A stretch of 64,000 nt of DNA, taken from contig CAWCMR010000015.1 of assembly GCA_963796685.1 (NCBI GenBank), positions 404,164-468,163 on the forward strand. The letters are read 5' to 3'. The notes beneath the pieces are model-generated. The model worked only from the letters and a program-made list of their open reading frames with translations. It was not told the origin of the DNA and ran no database searches. Shown here one piece after another: positions 27,557 to 38,071 of this stretch. Source of the DNA: an uncultured delta proteobacterium. GTDB taxonomy: Bacteria > Myxococcota_A > Polyangia > Fen-1088. The translations under genes were made by a program, and so were the position numbers. How positions within the stretch are numbered: the first letter of the stretch is position 1; each line of letters opens with the position of its first letter.

Positions 27557-28720
27557 ATGAATTTCGAGCTGAGCCAGGAACAGAAGATTCTCCAAAAAAC
27601 CGTGCGCGACTTCTGCGCCCGCGAGATCCTCCCGCGGGCCGCGGCCTGGAATGAGGCGGGACGGTTTCCGCACGAGATCGTCGCCCCTCTCGCCGGTCTC
27701 GGCGTGCTCGGTATCCAGATCCCCGAGCGCTATGGCGGCACGGGCATGGGCATGCTCGATCTGTCGGTGGCCGTCGAGGAGATCGCGCGCGCCGACGCAT
27801 CCGTGGGCCTCACCGTGGCGTCGCACAACCTGCTGTGCATGGACCACATCTACCTGGCCGGCAACGAAGAGCAGCGACACAAGTACCTGCCTCGCCTGGC
27901 GAGCGGCAAGTCGCTGGGGGCGTGGTGCCTGACCGAGCCTGATTCGGGCTCGGATGCCGGGGCGGCGCGCACGCGCGCCATCCGGCGCGAAGGTCAGGGC
28001 GGCGCCGAGTGGGTCTTGAACGGCGGCAAGAGCTTCATCACCCAGGGCTCGGTGGCCGAGATCTACGTCGTGCTCGCCTCGACCACTCCGGCGCGCAAGC
28101 AGAAGGGCTTGACCGCGTTCATCCTGGAGAAGGGGATGCCCGGGTTGCGTCCAGGCCGATTGGTTCAGAAGATGGGGCTATGGGCCTCGGACACCGCCGA
28201 CGTGGTGATCGAAGAAGTGGTGGTGCCCGATGACCAGCGCTTGGGCCAGCTCGACTGCGGCTTCTTCGATACGGCCAGGGTGCTCGACCGCGGTCGTATC
28301 GGCATCGGCGCCTGGGCCGTGGGCATCGGCCGCGCCGCCTTCGAGGCCGCGCGCACCTATGCCATGCAGCGGGTGCAATTCGGCAAGCCCATCGCCGAAT
28401 TCCAGGCCATTCGGCTCATGTTGGCCGACATGGCGACCGAATTGGACGCGGCGCGACTCTTGGTCTGGCGTGCGGCCATCATGCAGGACAACGGCGAGCG
28501 CACCACGCGCGAATCGTCGGTGGCCAAATACTACGCCTCCCAGGCGGCGGCGCGCGCCTGCGACTCGGCGGTGCAGATTCACGGCGGCTACGGCTATCTG
28601 CGCGAGTTTCCCGTCGAGCGTTATCTGCGCGACGTGAAGCTGGCCGAGATCGGCGAGGGCACGACGGAGATCCAGAAGCTGGTGATCGCCCGCGAAGTGC
28701 TCAAGGCCGCCGGGGCGTAG
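27557..28720 (+). CDS. acyl-CoA dehydrogenase
   Basis: CLTEPDSGSD, NGGKSFIT, RVQFGKPI, QIHGGYGY and IGEGTTEIQ. Confidence 0.96.
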   Translation: MNFELSQEQKILQKTVRDFCAREILPRAAAWNEAGRFPHEIVAPLAGLGVLGIQIPERYGGTGMGMLDLSVAVEEIARADASVGLTVASHNLLCMDHIYLAGNEEQRHKYLPRLASGKSLGAWCLTEPDSGSDAGAARTRAIRREGQGGAEWVLNGGKSFITQGSVAEIYVVLASTTPARKQKGLTAFILEKGMPGLRPGRLVQKMGLWASDTADVVIEEVVVPDDQRLGQLDCGFFDTARVLDRGRIGIGAWAVGIGRAAFEAARTYAMQRVQFGKPIAEFQAIRLMLADMATELDAARLLVWRAAIMQDNGERTTRESSVAKYYASQAAARACDSAVQIHGGYGYLREFPVERYLRDVKLAEIGEGTTEIQKLVIAREVLKAAGA

Positions 28721-28731
28721 GGGGAGACCCA

Positions 28732-28934
28732 CAATCCCACGATAGCCGCAGAAGGTCGTGGCCGTGGTCGTGGCCCTGGCCGGTTGTAATTGCCGTCGGC
28801 CACGGCCACGGCCACGGTAAGCCGTCTACGTCCGCGACCACCAGTCCTCGTTCCGATTGGGCGTGAGCATCCGGAGTGGAAAGGTGTCTCTTCCTGGTAC
28901 CTTCCGCGCTGTCGCTCTGCTTGTCGCGGGATTA
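28732..28934. repeat. full-length MITE-like copy
   Basis: CAATCCCACGATAG...CTTGTCGCGGGATTA; internal segment aligns with 44397-44607. Confidence 0.8.
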
Positions 28935-28987
28935 CGGCGAAACCCGGTCTTCTAGCGTCGCCGCGGATCGGGTGCATAATGGATTGA

Positions 28988-31900
28988 ATGGGCGCCCGTC
29001 GGCGGGACGGCCGAGGACAGAATCGATCCGGGCTGATTGCCGGCCGTTTTCGGCTGCAAGACGTGGTTGCGTCCGGCGGCATGGGCGAGGTCTACCGCGC
29101 ACGCGACGTGGTCTCGCACCTGCAAGTGTGCGTGAAGCTCCTGCGCACGGATGAAGACCGCGAAGGCGAGCGCTTCGCCCAGGAGGCGAAGATCCTGTCC
29201 GAGCTTCAGCACCCCGCCATCGTGCGCTACCTGGCCCACGGAACGGTGGGCGGGGATCGCTACCTCGTCATGGAGTGGCTGGAGGGCGAGGATCTTGCCA
29301 GCCGCCTGGAGCGGGAGCCCACCCATCTCGTCGACACCGTGATGCTGCTCAAACAAGCTGCCGAGGCGCTGGCCTACGCCCACGCCCACGAGGTCATCCA
29401 TCGCGACATCAAGCCGCACAACCTGTTTCTCCTCGAACGCAAGATCTCCCAGCTCAAGGTGCTCGACTTCGGCATCGCCCGGCTCGCGAATGCCGGGCGA
29501 CGGCTCACGCGCACCGGAAATCTGGTGGGAACGCCGGGCTATCTGGCGCCGGAAACCATCGACGGGGCGGGCACGGTGGACGGCCGCGCCGACGTCTTCT
29601 CGCTGGGCTGCGTGGCGCACGAATGCCTGACCGGCAAGCCCACCTTTCGCGGTCACGAGCCGGGCGTGCTTCTGGCCAAGCTCATGCTCGAGGATCCGCC
29701 GCACCTTTCCGAGGTGGTTCCGGAGGTGCCGCGCGTGGTGGGGGACCTCATCGCCCGCATGCTGGCCAAGAATCCCGAGCGTAGGCCCACCGCCGCCCAG
29801 GTTCTGCGCACGCTGGCCGCCCTGGGCGATCTTTCCGAGGGCGCGGCCGCTGGCCAATTGCGCCTGCACGAGACCCAGCTCACCGTGGTCGAGCAGCGGG
29901 TAAGCTGCATCGTGATGGCGACCGCCGGGCCCGCCCATTCCGGCGAAGCGCCGTCGCCGGGCGCGGATCGGACCACGCCGGTCTTGCACTCGCCCGGGCA
30001 GCCGCCGACCTTGGCCGAGCTCGAGGCGCGGCTCGCTCTGCGCTTCACGGCCAAGACCTACCTCCTGCCCGGCGGAAAGATGGTCGTCACGCTGCCCGAG
30101 GGTACCGTGGCCTCGGATCAAGCCGTGCTCGCGGCCCGCTGCGCGCTCCTCGTGCACCAACACCTGCCCGACGCCGCGGTCGTGGTGGCGCTGGGCATCG
30201 CCCGCCTGTCGCGTCGATCCGCGGTGGGCAGCGTGATCGAGGAGGCTGCCGAGCTCTTGCGAACCACCGGGGCCGGGCGCGTTCGCGTCGAGGAGGGGCT
30301 CACCGCGCTTCTGGGCGCGCGCTTCGAGCTCAGCCACGACGATACCGGCGTCTACCTGCTTGCCCCGCGCGAGACCCTGGAGGTCAAACGCAGCCTGCTC
30401 GGCCGGCCGGCGACGTTCCTCGGCCGCGGACAAGAGCTGTCGTTCCTGGCCGGCCTGCTCACGGACTCTGCTCTCGAACGCCAGGCCACGGCCGTGCTCG
30501 TTTCCGGCCCGGCCGGCATCGGCAAATCGCGCCTGCTGCAGGAATTCATGGCTTGGCTGCGCGCCCGCGCGGAATCGGTCCTGGTCCTGTTCGGGGCCGG
30601 CGACTCGCTGGCCGCGGGCTCTCCCTATGCTCTGCTGGGACGGGCGGTGCGCGGTCTGGCCGGGATCGCCGAGAACGACAGCGCCGACGAGCGGCGGCGC
30701 AAGCTGTCGGCCTGCGTGGGCAAGCATTTGGCCGCGGGGGCCGGCCCGGGTGTGACCGCGTTCATCGGCGAGGTGGCGGGCGTCAGCTTCCCGGAAACCG
30801 ATCATGAATCCCTGCGTGGCGCGCGCCAGAATCCCGTGCTGATGGCCGATGCCACCCGGCGCGCGTTCGAGGATTGGATGCGCGCCGAGTGCGAGGTCAA
30901 CCCCGTGCTCGTCGTGCTCGAGGACATGCAGTGGGGCGACGCGGGGACGGTGGGGCTGCTCGACGGCGCGATCCGGAGCCTGCGCGACCAGCCCTTCATG
31001 GTCTTGGCCCTGGCGCGGCCGGATTTGCAAACCGTGTTCCCCAACTTGTGGGCCGAACGGCAGGTGCACGTGATCCAGTTGCCACCGCTGTCCCGGCGTG
31101 CGAGCGAGAGGCTGGTGCGCGAAGCCCTGGGCGCCCCGGCCAGCGACGAGGTGGTGGCGCAGATCGTCCGGCGCGGCGACGGCAATCCGTTCTTTCTGGA
31201 GGAATTGATTCGCGCCGCGCACGCGGGACGCTCGGGCGAGATCCCCGAGCCCATCCTGGGCATCGTGCAGGCGCGGCTGGAAGCCGAGGGACCGGAGGGC
31301 AGGCGCGTGCTGCGCGCGGCCTCGGTCTTCGGCGAAACCTTCTCGCGCGACGGCGTGGCCGCGCTTCTCGGCGGCGAGCGTGCCGAAGTCGGGGAGGCCC
31401 TCGAACGGTTGAGCGATCGCGAGCTGGTCAATCTGGCGTCGTCGTCCATCGCCTCGGACGGCAGCCCGGCCTTCACCTTCGCGCACGCCCTGATTCGCGA
31501 GGCGGCCTATGCCATGCTGACCGACGAGGATCGTTCGCTCGGGCATCGCTTGGCGGCCAAGTGGTTGCTCGAGCACAGCGCCCCCGAGCCCTTCGTGCTG
31601 GCCGAGCATTTTCGCCGTGGCGGCGATGCGCGCAGCGCTGCCTTCTGGTACCGGCGCGCCGCCGAGCAGGCGTTCAAGGCCAATGACCTCGACGGTGCCA
31701 TTTCGCGCGCCGGGCTCGGCCTGGCCGCGCTGGGGAGCGACGGGGCGGGGGCGCCGGCCGGGCAGGGCGTGCATGGAGCGCACGGTGGCTCCGACGCGCA
31801 GGCCGGCGAGATTCGCGGCGCGCTTGCGCTGGTCCAGGCCGAGGCGTTGCGCTGGCGCGGCGAGCTGTCGAGCGCCGAATCGGCGGGCGTGGCGGCGCTG

Positions 31901-33025
31901 GCGTTGCTGGCGCCGGGCTCGCCCATGTGGTTTCGCGCCGCCGGCCAGACCATCGTGGCCCTGGGCAGCCAGGGCAAGGTCAAGGAGCTCGGCGCGCTCA
32001 TCGCCAACGTGCGCGCCGTGGAGCCGCAACTGGAGGCACGCGACGCCTTCCTGGTTTGTCTCAGCGAGGGCGCGACCCACCTCATCACGGCCGGCCACCT
32101 CGCCGCGGCCGACGCCTTGCTGGAGGAGGCCGCTCGTCTGGCCGGGTATTTTTCGGACATCGAGCCGCAAGCCTGGGGCCTGGTGCACAAGGCGCGCGCC
32201 GCCCGCGCCGCTGCCCGCGGGGAAACCACGCGCGGCCTCGAAGAGCTGGAGACGGCGTGGGCCTTGTTCGAGCAGGCCGGCGACCAACGCAACGCCTGCG
32301 CGGTTCGCTCCGGCATCGCCTCGGTGTACGCGGATCTCGGCGACACCGGGCGCGCGGTCGAGCTGCTGCGCGAGGTCGTGGCCCACGCCGATCGCCTGGG
32401 GTTGCCCGAGATCGCGGCCATCGGGCGGCGGGATCTGTCGCGCGTGCTCGGCTGGCGGGGCGAGAGCGTGGAGGCCGAGCGGCTGGCCCGCCTGGCGATC
32501 GCCACCCTGGGGGCGCGCGGCGACTCGCGCGAGCAGGGGCTGGCCAGGTGCTACCTGGCCGAGACCATGCTGTCCGTGGGGCGCTTCGAGGAAGCCGCCG
32601 CGCAAGCCGAGCTGGCTGCGGCGGGGCTCTCGGCGGCTCCGGCCGAACGGGGCCTGGCGCTGGCCATGCTGGCGCGTGCACGGCTGGGACGGGGCACGGT
32701 TCACGAAGCCTCGGTGGCCGCGCACGAGGCCTATTACGGCGCGCTGGAATCGCTCGGCAGCATGGGCGAGTGCGAGACGGTGGTGCGCTTGGCCTACGCC
32801 GAGTGCTTGCTCGCCGCGGGCGATCTCGAGGCCGCGCACCTGGTGCTCTTGCGCGCGCGCGAACGCCTGCACGTGCGCGCCGCGAGCCTGGGACCGCGCT
32901 GCGATCGCACAGCCTTCACGACCAACGTGCCGTACAACTGCGAAACCCTACGTCTGGCCGAGGCCAATCTCGGACCCGTACGAGGCGCCGTCGGCGAAGA
33001 CCAGGGCCAGCGGGGCACGAAATAG
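28988..33025 (+). CDS. Ser/Thr protein kinase with AAA ATPase and TPR-like domains
   Basis: SGGMGEVY, HRDIKPHN, DFG, GTPGYLAPE; GPAGIGKS; GNPFFLEEL. Confidence 0.95.
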   Translation: MGARRRDGRGQNRSGLIAGRFRLQDVVASGGMGEVYRARDVVSHLQVCVKLLRTDEDREGERFAQEAKILSELQHPAIVRYLAHGTVGGDRYLVMEWLEGEDLASRLEREPTHLVDTVMLLKQAAEALAYAHAHEVIHRDIKPHNLFLLERKISQLKVLDFGIARLANAGRRLTRTGNLVGTPGYLAPETIDGAGTVDGRADVFSLGCVAHECLTGKPTFRGHEPGVLLAKLMLEDPPHLSEVVPEVPRVVGDLIARMLAKNPERRPTAAQVLRTLAALGDLSEGAAAGQLRLHETQLTVVEQRVSCIVMATAGPAHSGEAPSPGADRTTPVLHSPGQPPTLAELEARLALRFTAKTYLLPGGKMVVTLPEGTVASDQAVLAARCALLVHQHLPDAAVVVALGIARLSRRSAVGSVIEEAAELLRTTGAGRVRVEEGLTALLGARFELSHDDTGVYLLAPRETLEVKRSLLGRPATFLGRGQELSFLAGLLTDSALERQATAVLVSGPAGIGKSRLLQEFMAWLRARAESVLVLFGAGDSLAAGSPYALLGRAVRGLAGIAENDSADERRRKLSACVGKHLAAGAGPGVTAFIGEVAGVSFPETDHESLRGARQNPVLMADATRRAFEDWMRAECEVNPVLVVLEDMQWGDAGTVGLLDGAIRSLRDQPFMVLALARPDLQTVFPNLWAERQVHVIQLPPLSRRASERLVREALGAPASDEVVAQIVRRGDGNPFFLEELIRAAHAGRSGEIPEPILGIVQARLEAEGPEGRRVLRAASVFGETFSRDGVAALLGGERAEVGEALERLSDRELVNLASSSIASDGSPAFTFAHALIREAAYAMLTDEDRSLGHRLAAKWLLEHSAPEPFVLAEHFRRGGDARSAAFWYRRAAEQAFKANDLDGAISRAGLGLAALGSDGAGAPAGQGVHGAHGGSDAQAGEIRGALALVQAEALRWRGELSSAESAGVAALALLAPGSPMWFRAAGQTIVALGSQGKVKELGALIANVRAVEPQLEARDAFLVCLSEGATHLITAGHLAAADALLEEAARLAGYFSDIEPQAWGLVHKARAARAAARGETTRGLEELETAWALFEQAGDQRNACAVRSGIASVYADLGDTGRAVELLREVVAHADRLGLPEIAAIGRRDLSRVLGWRGESVEAERLARLAIATLGARGDSREQGLARCYLAETMLSVGRFEEAAAQAELAAAGLSAAPAERGLALAMLARARLGRGTVHEASVAAHEAYYGALESLGSMGECETVVRLAYAECLLAAGDLEAAHLVLLRARERLHVRAASLGPRCDRTAFTTNVPYNCETLRLAEANLGPVRGAVGEDQGQRGTK

Positions 33026-33026
33026 C

Positions 33027-33058
33027 AAAAGGCCCACTTCCCGAAGGAGGTGGGCCTT
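33027..33058. terminator. intrinsic terminator between convergent genes
   Basis: AAAAGGCCCACTTC-CCGAAG-GAGGTGGGCCTT hairpin; U-tract on the minus strand. Confidence 0.75.
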
Positions 33059-33083
33059 GGCTCGATTTTCGATGCCGATTTGT

Positions 33084-34832
33084 CTAGCAGCCCGGGAGCG
33101 GGTTGCCGTTCTGGTCGAGGAAGTCGGTGCAGGTGCGGCACTGCATGCCAACCTTGGTGCCGGCTGGCAGGGGACCGGCGGTGATTTCAGCCCGGGTGCG
33201 CAGGACGTTGATAATCTGTCCGTTGTAGGCGTCCGGGCACTTGGTCTTGTCTTGGCTGAGCTGCCAGCAGTCCGCGCTGATGGTGTCGCTCGTGGCTCCT
33301 GGATCGCACTCCGGCAAGCCCGTGGGGTCTTCCACGTAGACCACTTTGGTTGGGTCATTGGTATCGGTCTGGGGCGTTCGGTAGGCCACTCGGCAATCGG
33401 GTTTTTGATAACCGGGGCTGGTCGGATCGGGATTCAACCACAGCTTGTAGTCGACACACAGATTCTGCAGGTGCTTGGCGATGGCGGTGCCGATGCCATT
33501 CATCGCATCCACGAAGTCCGGCTGGCAGATGCTGTACTTGAGGCCATTGGCGCCGAACTCGTCGATGAACGCGGACATGCGCAGACCGGGCGTGGCACCA
33601 TACCCGGCTGCTACCGGGTCGAATCCAGTGGTCTTGTCCGTGTTTGCTGCCGTAACCGGATGGTTTGGATCGTAGCAAACCGGCCACGTATCCCAGATCT
33701 GGGGATGGGCTGTGTCGGCGCTGTTCGGATTGGGTGTCTCGTCGACCTTGTACGTAGCTTTCGACGTGTCCCCATCAAGAGGCCAGCCAAAGATGCCCGC
33801 GACCAGGATCTGGTTCTCCGGATCGCTCTTGAGACCCTTGATTTCACCGGCCATGGTCTTGTAATCCCTGAGCGGGTTGCAGGAGGTCGGCTGCGAGACG
33901 TCTTCGCCGTTGCAGGTGTCGCCAGAGCGCGCCGAACAATTGGACATGGCGGTCGAGAAGGCGGCGCTGGTGGGATAGCCGGGAGGGGGATCGGAGGTGT
34001 TCTTGCCGTTGCACGTGTACGCTCGCGTGTAGCAGCGGATGCTCGCGGATTCCTTGCTTAGATCGGTGCCGCCGGGGGAAGTCCCAAACATCGCGTCGTT
34101 GGGCGCGGCCGAGCAGTCGTCTTCATCGGTCAGGAAGACCATGCCGAGATAGGCATTGCCGCGCAACATCTGGTGTTGCTTGTTGTTGGTGTCGCCCAGG
34201 TTCGTGACGACGAAGGCGAACTCGACGGTTTGTAGCTGGTGCTCCTCGCCGCAGCCCAGGGTGCCGAGATTGCCAGCCAGGCAGGCGAAGACGGTGTTGA
34301 TGTCGCCGTTGAAGTTGAGGCCCGTGTTTCCCTTGGTTTCGAGATAGGTGACATCGGCGCTATTCACGCCACATCCATTCGGAGGCGCGCCAACGGCGTT
34401 GATCATCTGGAACCTGCCCATGTCGCCGAAGCTGGATCCGGTTCCGTCAGGCAGGGTCTTGGGGCCGCAGGAGCCGGACGGATACTCGCCGCCTGTGCCG
34501 AGATCGCTGTCCAGGATGGCGACGCGCAGGTCGGGCAGCGTTCCGTCGTTGGGATCCTTGAGCGCCGCAATCAGCTTGGGAAAGTTATCCTTGAGCTTCT
34601 GCTGCTTCGGCGCCATGGACGGCGAGTTGTCGATCATGAACACCAGGTCGAGCAACCGTTGCGGCGACACCGAGATGTAGATGTCGGTTTGCTGCTCGGG
34701 CTCGGGCACGGGCTGTGTCAGCGGGTGCGAGGCGCAGGCCCACCACACGAGCGGCAAAGTCGGTAGTGCGATCGCCCAGCGGAGGGTTCTCCAGCTCAGA
34801 AGGCGAATGCCGCGCTTTGAATTACGAATCAT
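33084..34832 (-). CDS. Cys-rich vWA-domain lipoprotein (myxobacterial type)
   Basis: Lipobox-like WWAC; MIDAS DLVFMIDNSPSM; FLTDEDDCS. Confidence 0.85.
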   Translation of the reverse strand: MIRNSKRGIRLLSWRTLRWAIALPTLPLVWWACASHPLTQPVPEPEQQTDIYISVSPQRLLDLVFMIDNSPSMAPKQQKLKDNFPKLIAALKDPNDGTLPDLRVAILDSDLGTGGEYPSGSCGPKTLPDGTGSSFGDMGRFQMINAVGAPPNGCGVNSADVTYLETKGNTGLNFNGDINTVFACLAGNLGTLGCGEEHQLQTVEFAFVVTNLGDTNNKQHQMLRGNAYLGMVFLTDEDDCSAAPNDAMFGTSPGGTDLSKESASIRCYTRAYTCNGKNTSDPPPGYPTSAAFSTAMSNCSARSGDTCNGEDVSQPTSCNPLRDYKTMAGEIKGLKSDPENQILVAGIFGWPLDGDTSKATYKVDETPNPNSADTAHPQIWDTWPVCYDPNHPVTAANTDKTTGFDPVAAGYGATPGLRMSAFIDEFGANGLKYSICQPDFVDAMNGIGTAIAKHLQNLCVDYKLWLNPDPTSPGYQKPDCRVAYRTPQTDTNDPTKVVYVEDPTGLPECDPGATSDTISADCWQLSQDKTKCPDAYNGQIINVLRTRAEITAGPLPAGTKVGMQCRTCTDFLDQNGNPLPGC

Positions 34833-35117
34833 GAAAATCCTCCTCGTAGAGCAGCCAAGGTGCTGTTTGTCTCGGAGCTACCTTACAGCAAGATACAGGC
34901 CGAAGGAAACACTAGAAAAGAGTTGATATCACTTGGGGTTGTTCGTGCAGGGTGCAATGGGGTTGGCATAAGCGACAACTAAGTTGGCCGCCCTATCTCT
35001 TGGCCCAATTCGATCTATCTTGTCGCATCATCACGGACTCAGGGACGTGCATGGTTAGTTCCCCTTGACCCAAAGCTTTGCTCACTCGCTCTGCGCTCGC
35101 CGTGTATTCTGGCCGCC

Positions 35118-36830
35118 ATGAGGCGAGATCGCCTGCGCAAGGTCGAATCGAGACAGCGTGCCCAGGCCGCCGAGGTGGCCGAGCTCGCGGCAAAGGCGAA
35201 TGCAAAGAAGTGGGATCGCCACGCCGTGGTGGCCATCGTCGTCGCCGTGCTGGTGGCCTATTTCCCGACCCTTGGCGCCGGGTTCACCAACTGGGACGAC
35301 GATCGCTTCATCACGGACAATCCCCTGTTTCACGGGCCCGTGTCCGCCTACGTGGCGGCGGCGCTGACGCGCGTCCAGTTCCAGGCCTACCATCCCTTGC
35401 ACCTGCTCTCGTATGTGCCGGACCGGCTGCTGTGGCCCGGCAACCCGGCTGGGTTTCACGCCCTCAATCTGGGGCTGTTCGCGCTCGCCTTGACGCTCGG
35501 CTACTTTTTGTTGCGGAGTAAGGTGGGGGTCTTGCCCGCGCTGATGGGGATCTTGTTCGTCGGGCTGCACCCGCTGGCCGTCGAGTCCGTGGCCTGGATC
35601 GTGGGACGCAAGGATGTGCTGGCGTTGTTGCTGGTCTTTGCGACCTTGCTGGTCGCCGATGGCGAGGCGATCACGACGCGTAGGACGGTGGCCGCCTGCG
35701 TGCTGGCCGCGCTGGCCTGTTTGGCCAAGACCTCGGCCGTGGTGCTGCCCATCCTCTTGTTCGCCTGGCTGCGCTTCGCGCGCGACCTCCCGCTACGCGC
35801 GACGCTGCGGCGCTGCCTGCCGTTCGCGATCATCGCGTTCGTGTTTGCCGTGCCCGTGCCCTTCATCTGGAAGCACAACCAGATGATCCCCTCGACGCGA
35901 CCTTTGCCCTTCGTGCTGGACGTGCTCGGTACGCTGGGCGTCTATGCCGGTCGCGTGATCGCGCCCGTGGACTTGTCTCCGGTCTATCCGGCCGTGATTC
36001 AGGGGCAGGTCTTCGCGGGGCTTGCCATGGCCGCGGCGCTGCTGGCCCTGATCGGTTCGTGGCGCCGCCTGCCCGCCGGCGCGAAATTCGCCGTGGTCGG
36101 GTTCATCGGTTGCCTGTTGCCGGTGGCCAACCTCACGCCGATTTACTTTCGCTTCGCCGACCGTTATGCGCTGCTGGCTCTCGCGGCGCTGGCCTGGCCC
36201 GTGGCCAAGCTGCTGGCCTGGCAGCGCGTGCGCAAGGTCGTCGCGGTGGGCGCGACGCTCGTGATCGGCGTCGAGCTGGCGGCCACCATGCAACTCGTGC
36301 CGTCGTGGCACGATTCGCTGGCGCTGTGGCAGCGCGCGACCGAGGTGCAGCCGCGGGCGGTCTACGGGTACCTCAAGCTCGGCGAGACCTATCGCGAACA
36401 GAAGCGCTTTCACGAGGCCGCGGCCAGCTACGTGCGCGCGGGCGACGTCGATCCACGCAGCATCAAGGGGCCGGCCGGGCTGCTGCGCACCGTGGGCGAA
36501 CGGGAAGAGGCCGCGGGGCACATCCCGCCGGGCACCTGCGACACGTGGGAATCGGTCATCGCCAAGCCGGGGTTCAATGCCGAAAAGATGCAGGCGCTGA
36601 TTGCGGTGCTGGACAAATCCAAGTGTCCCTCGTGCATGGAGGCCATGTTGTGGCTCGCCCTGCGCATGTTCCCCCAGCCCGACGCCAGCCTGGTGAGCTT
36701 CGCGCGCAAGGAGGTCGACCGCGGCCGGGCCGACATCGCCATGGTGTACTTGAGCGAAGTCCACGACCCCAACACCCCGGGGCTGAGCGAGGTCGCCAAG
36801 CGCCTGCGCGAGCCGAGCGGGACGCAGTAG
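35118..36830 (+). CDS. TMTC-like GT-C glycosyltransferase with TPR
   Basis: FTNWDDDRFITDNP, YHPL, HPLAVESVAWIVGRKD and ADRY. Confidence 0.85.
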   Translation: MRRDRLRKVESRQRAQAAEVAELAAKANAKKWDRHAVVAIVVAVLVAYFPTLGAGFTNWDDDRFITDNPLFHGPVSAYVAAALTRVQFQAYHPLHLLSYVPDRLLWPGNPAGFHALNLGLFALALTLGYFLLRSKVGVLPALMGILFVGLHPLAVESVAWIVGRKDVLALLLVFATLLVADGEAITTRRTVAACVLAALACLAKTSAVVLPILLFAWLRFARDLPLRATLRRCLPFAIIAFVFAVPVPFIWKHNQMIPSTRPLPFVLDVLGTLGVYAGRVIAPVDLSPVYPAVIQGQVFAGLAMAAALLALIGSWRRLPAGAKFAVVGFIGCLLPVANLTPIYFRFADRYALLALAALAWPVAKLLAWQRVRKVVAVGATLVIGVELAATMQLVPSWHDSLALWQRATEVQPRAVYGYLKLGETYREQKRFHEAAASYVRAGDVDPRSIKGPAGLLRTVGEREEAAGHIPPGTCDTWESVIAKPGFNAEKMQALIAVLDKSKCPSCMEAMLWLALRMFPQPDASLVSFARKEVDRGRADIAMVYLSEVHDPNTPGLSEVAKRLREPSGTQ

Positions 36831-36867
36831 TTTTCCAACACAGAGGTTTGGAGGACACAGAGACGGG

Positions 36868-38037
36868 TCAGAGGCCGCTGCCGTCGTGCGTGCCCGCGTC
36901 GGATGCCGGACCTAGGATGGTCTCGGGGGACGGTGGGCCTTGCGGCGCGGTCGACGGGCCGTGCTTGGGCTTGTGGGTGACGATCCAGTCCGCCACGCGT
37001 GCCACGTCTCCGAAGCGGGTCAGGTCGCCCTCGGTGCCAAGGAAAGCCATGCCGTAGCTGTGGCCGTCGATCCTGGCGGCGATGACCAGACAATACCGCG
37101 CGCTATCGTTGTAGCCGGTCTTGCCGCCCAGGATCTGAAGGTTGCCGCGCGCCGCGGGCCTATCCGTGCTGTTGTAATGGATGGCCGGTTTGGACACCGG
37201 GTGGGCGTCGTACTCGGGCCGCCGCACGATCGGGCCGAGCACGGGATGGGCCATGGCCGCCCTGAGCAGCCCGATGACTTCGCGCGGGGTCGACTGATTG
37301 TCGGCGGAGAGTCCGGTGGGCTCGCGGAAGCGGGTGAAACGAAGGCCGAGAGACGCCACCTTGTGGTTCATGGCCGCCGTGAACTGCGCGGTGCCGAGAC
37401 CCACGGCGCGGCCGAGAGCGGACACCGCGCGGTTGTCCGAGCCGAGCAGGGCGGCGTGCAAGAGGTCGCGGTTGGACAGGGTCATGCCCTCGAGCAGTCG
37501 CAATCTGGCCCCGCCGCGGGCCACTTCCACATCGACCCTCTTGATGGTCGTCAGCCCGTCGAGATCGAGGTGGTGGTCCATCACGGTCAGGGTGGCGGCA
37601 AGCTTCGAAATCGAGGCGATGGCGCGTGGGTTGTCGGGCCGGCGCGCGAACAGCTCGTGTCCGGTGTCGAGGTCGATGACCAGGGCGCCGAGGGCTTGGA
37701 CGTTGGGCAGGTTGCCCTTCATCGCGGCCACGTGCCTTTCCGAGTGGTGGTGCCTCGGCGGGGCGCTCGCGGCCCTCTTGCTCAGCTTGCCGTTCTTCTT
37801 GCCGTTCTTCCTGCCGGGCTTCTTGCAGTCCTTCTTGCTGCAGAGCTTCTTGCTGTCCTTTTTGCCCGCCGAATTGGGCGATTTCTTCTCGGCTTTCTTG
37901 ACCAATCTCGCCTGCGACTTGCGGGTCGTCGCGGCGTCGATTTGTGCCGACGACAACACGAGCAGGGCCGCGAGGGTGGCGGGGACCGCGAAGAAGTGCG
38001 AGTTGCTGCGTCGGATGGCGAAAAGAGACTGCGTCAT
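36868..38037 (-). CDS. D-alanyl-D-alanine endo/carboxypeptidase (peptidase S11, PBP7-like)
   Basis: SISK, SDN and KTG motifs; Lys-rich N-terminal linker. Confidence 0.92.
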   Translation of the reverse strand: MTQSLFAIRRSNSHFFAVPATLAALLVLSSAQIDAATTRKSQARLVKKAEKKSPNSAGKKDSKKLCSKKDCKKPGRKNGKKNGKLSKRAASAPPRHHHSERHVAAMKGNLPNVQALGALVIDLDTGHELFARRPDNPRAIASISKLAATLTVMDHHLDLDGLTTIKRVDVEVARGGARLRLLEGMTLSNRDLLHAALLGSDNRAVSALGRAVGLGTAQFTAAMNHKVASLGLRFTRFREPTGLSADNQSTPREVIGLLRAAMAHPVLGPIVRRPEYDAHPVSKPAIHYNSTDRPAARGNLQILGGKTGYNDSARYCLVIAARIDGHSYGMAFLGTEGDLTRFGDVARVADWIVTHKPKHGPSTAPQGPPSPETILGPASDAGTHDGSGL

Positions 38038-38071
38038 CAGGTGCGTCGATCGGGGTTGAGCTCCTTTCGTA

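Noticed and set aside
28952-32872. 1306-aa minus-strand ORF, and similar long antisense ORFs such as 52307-54790 and 55718-57919
   Set aside because: Shadow frames of well-supported high-GC genes on the opposite strand; no motifs.
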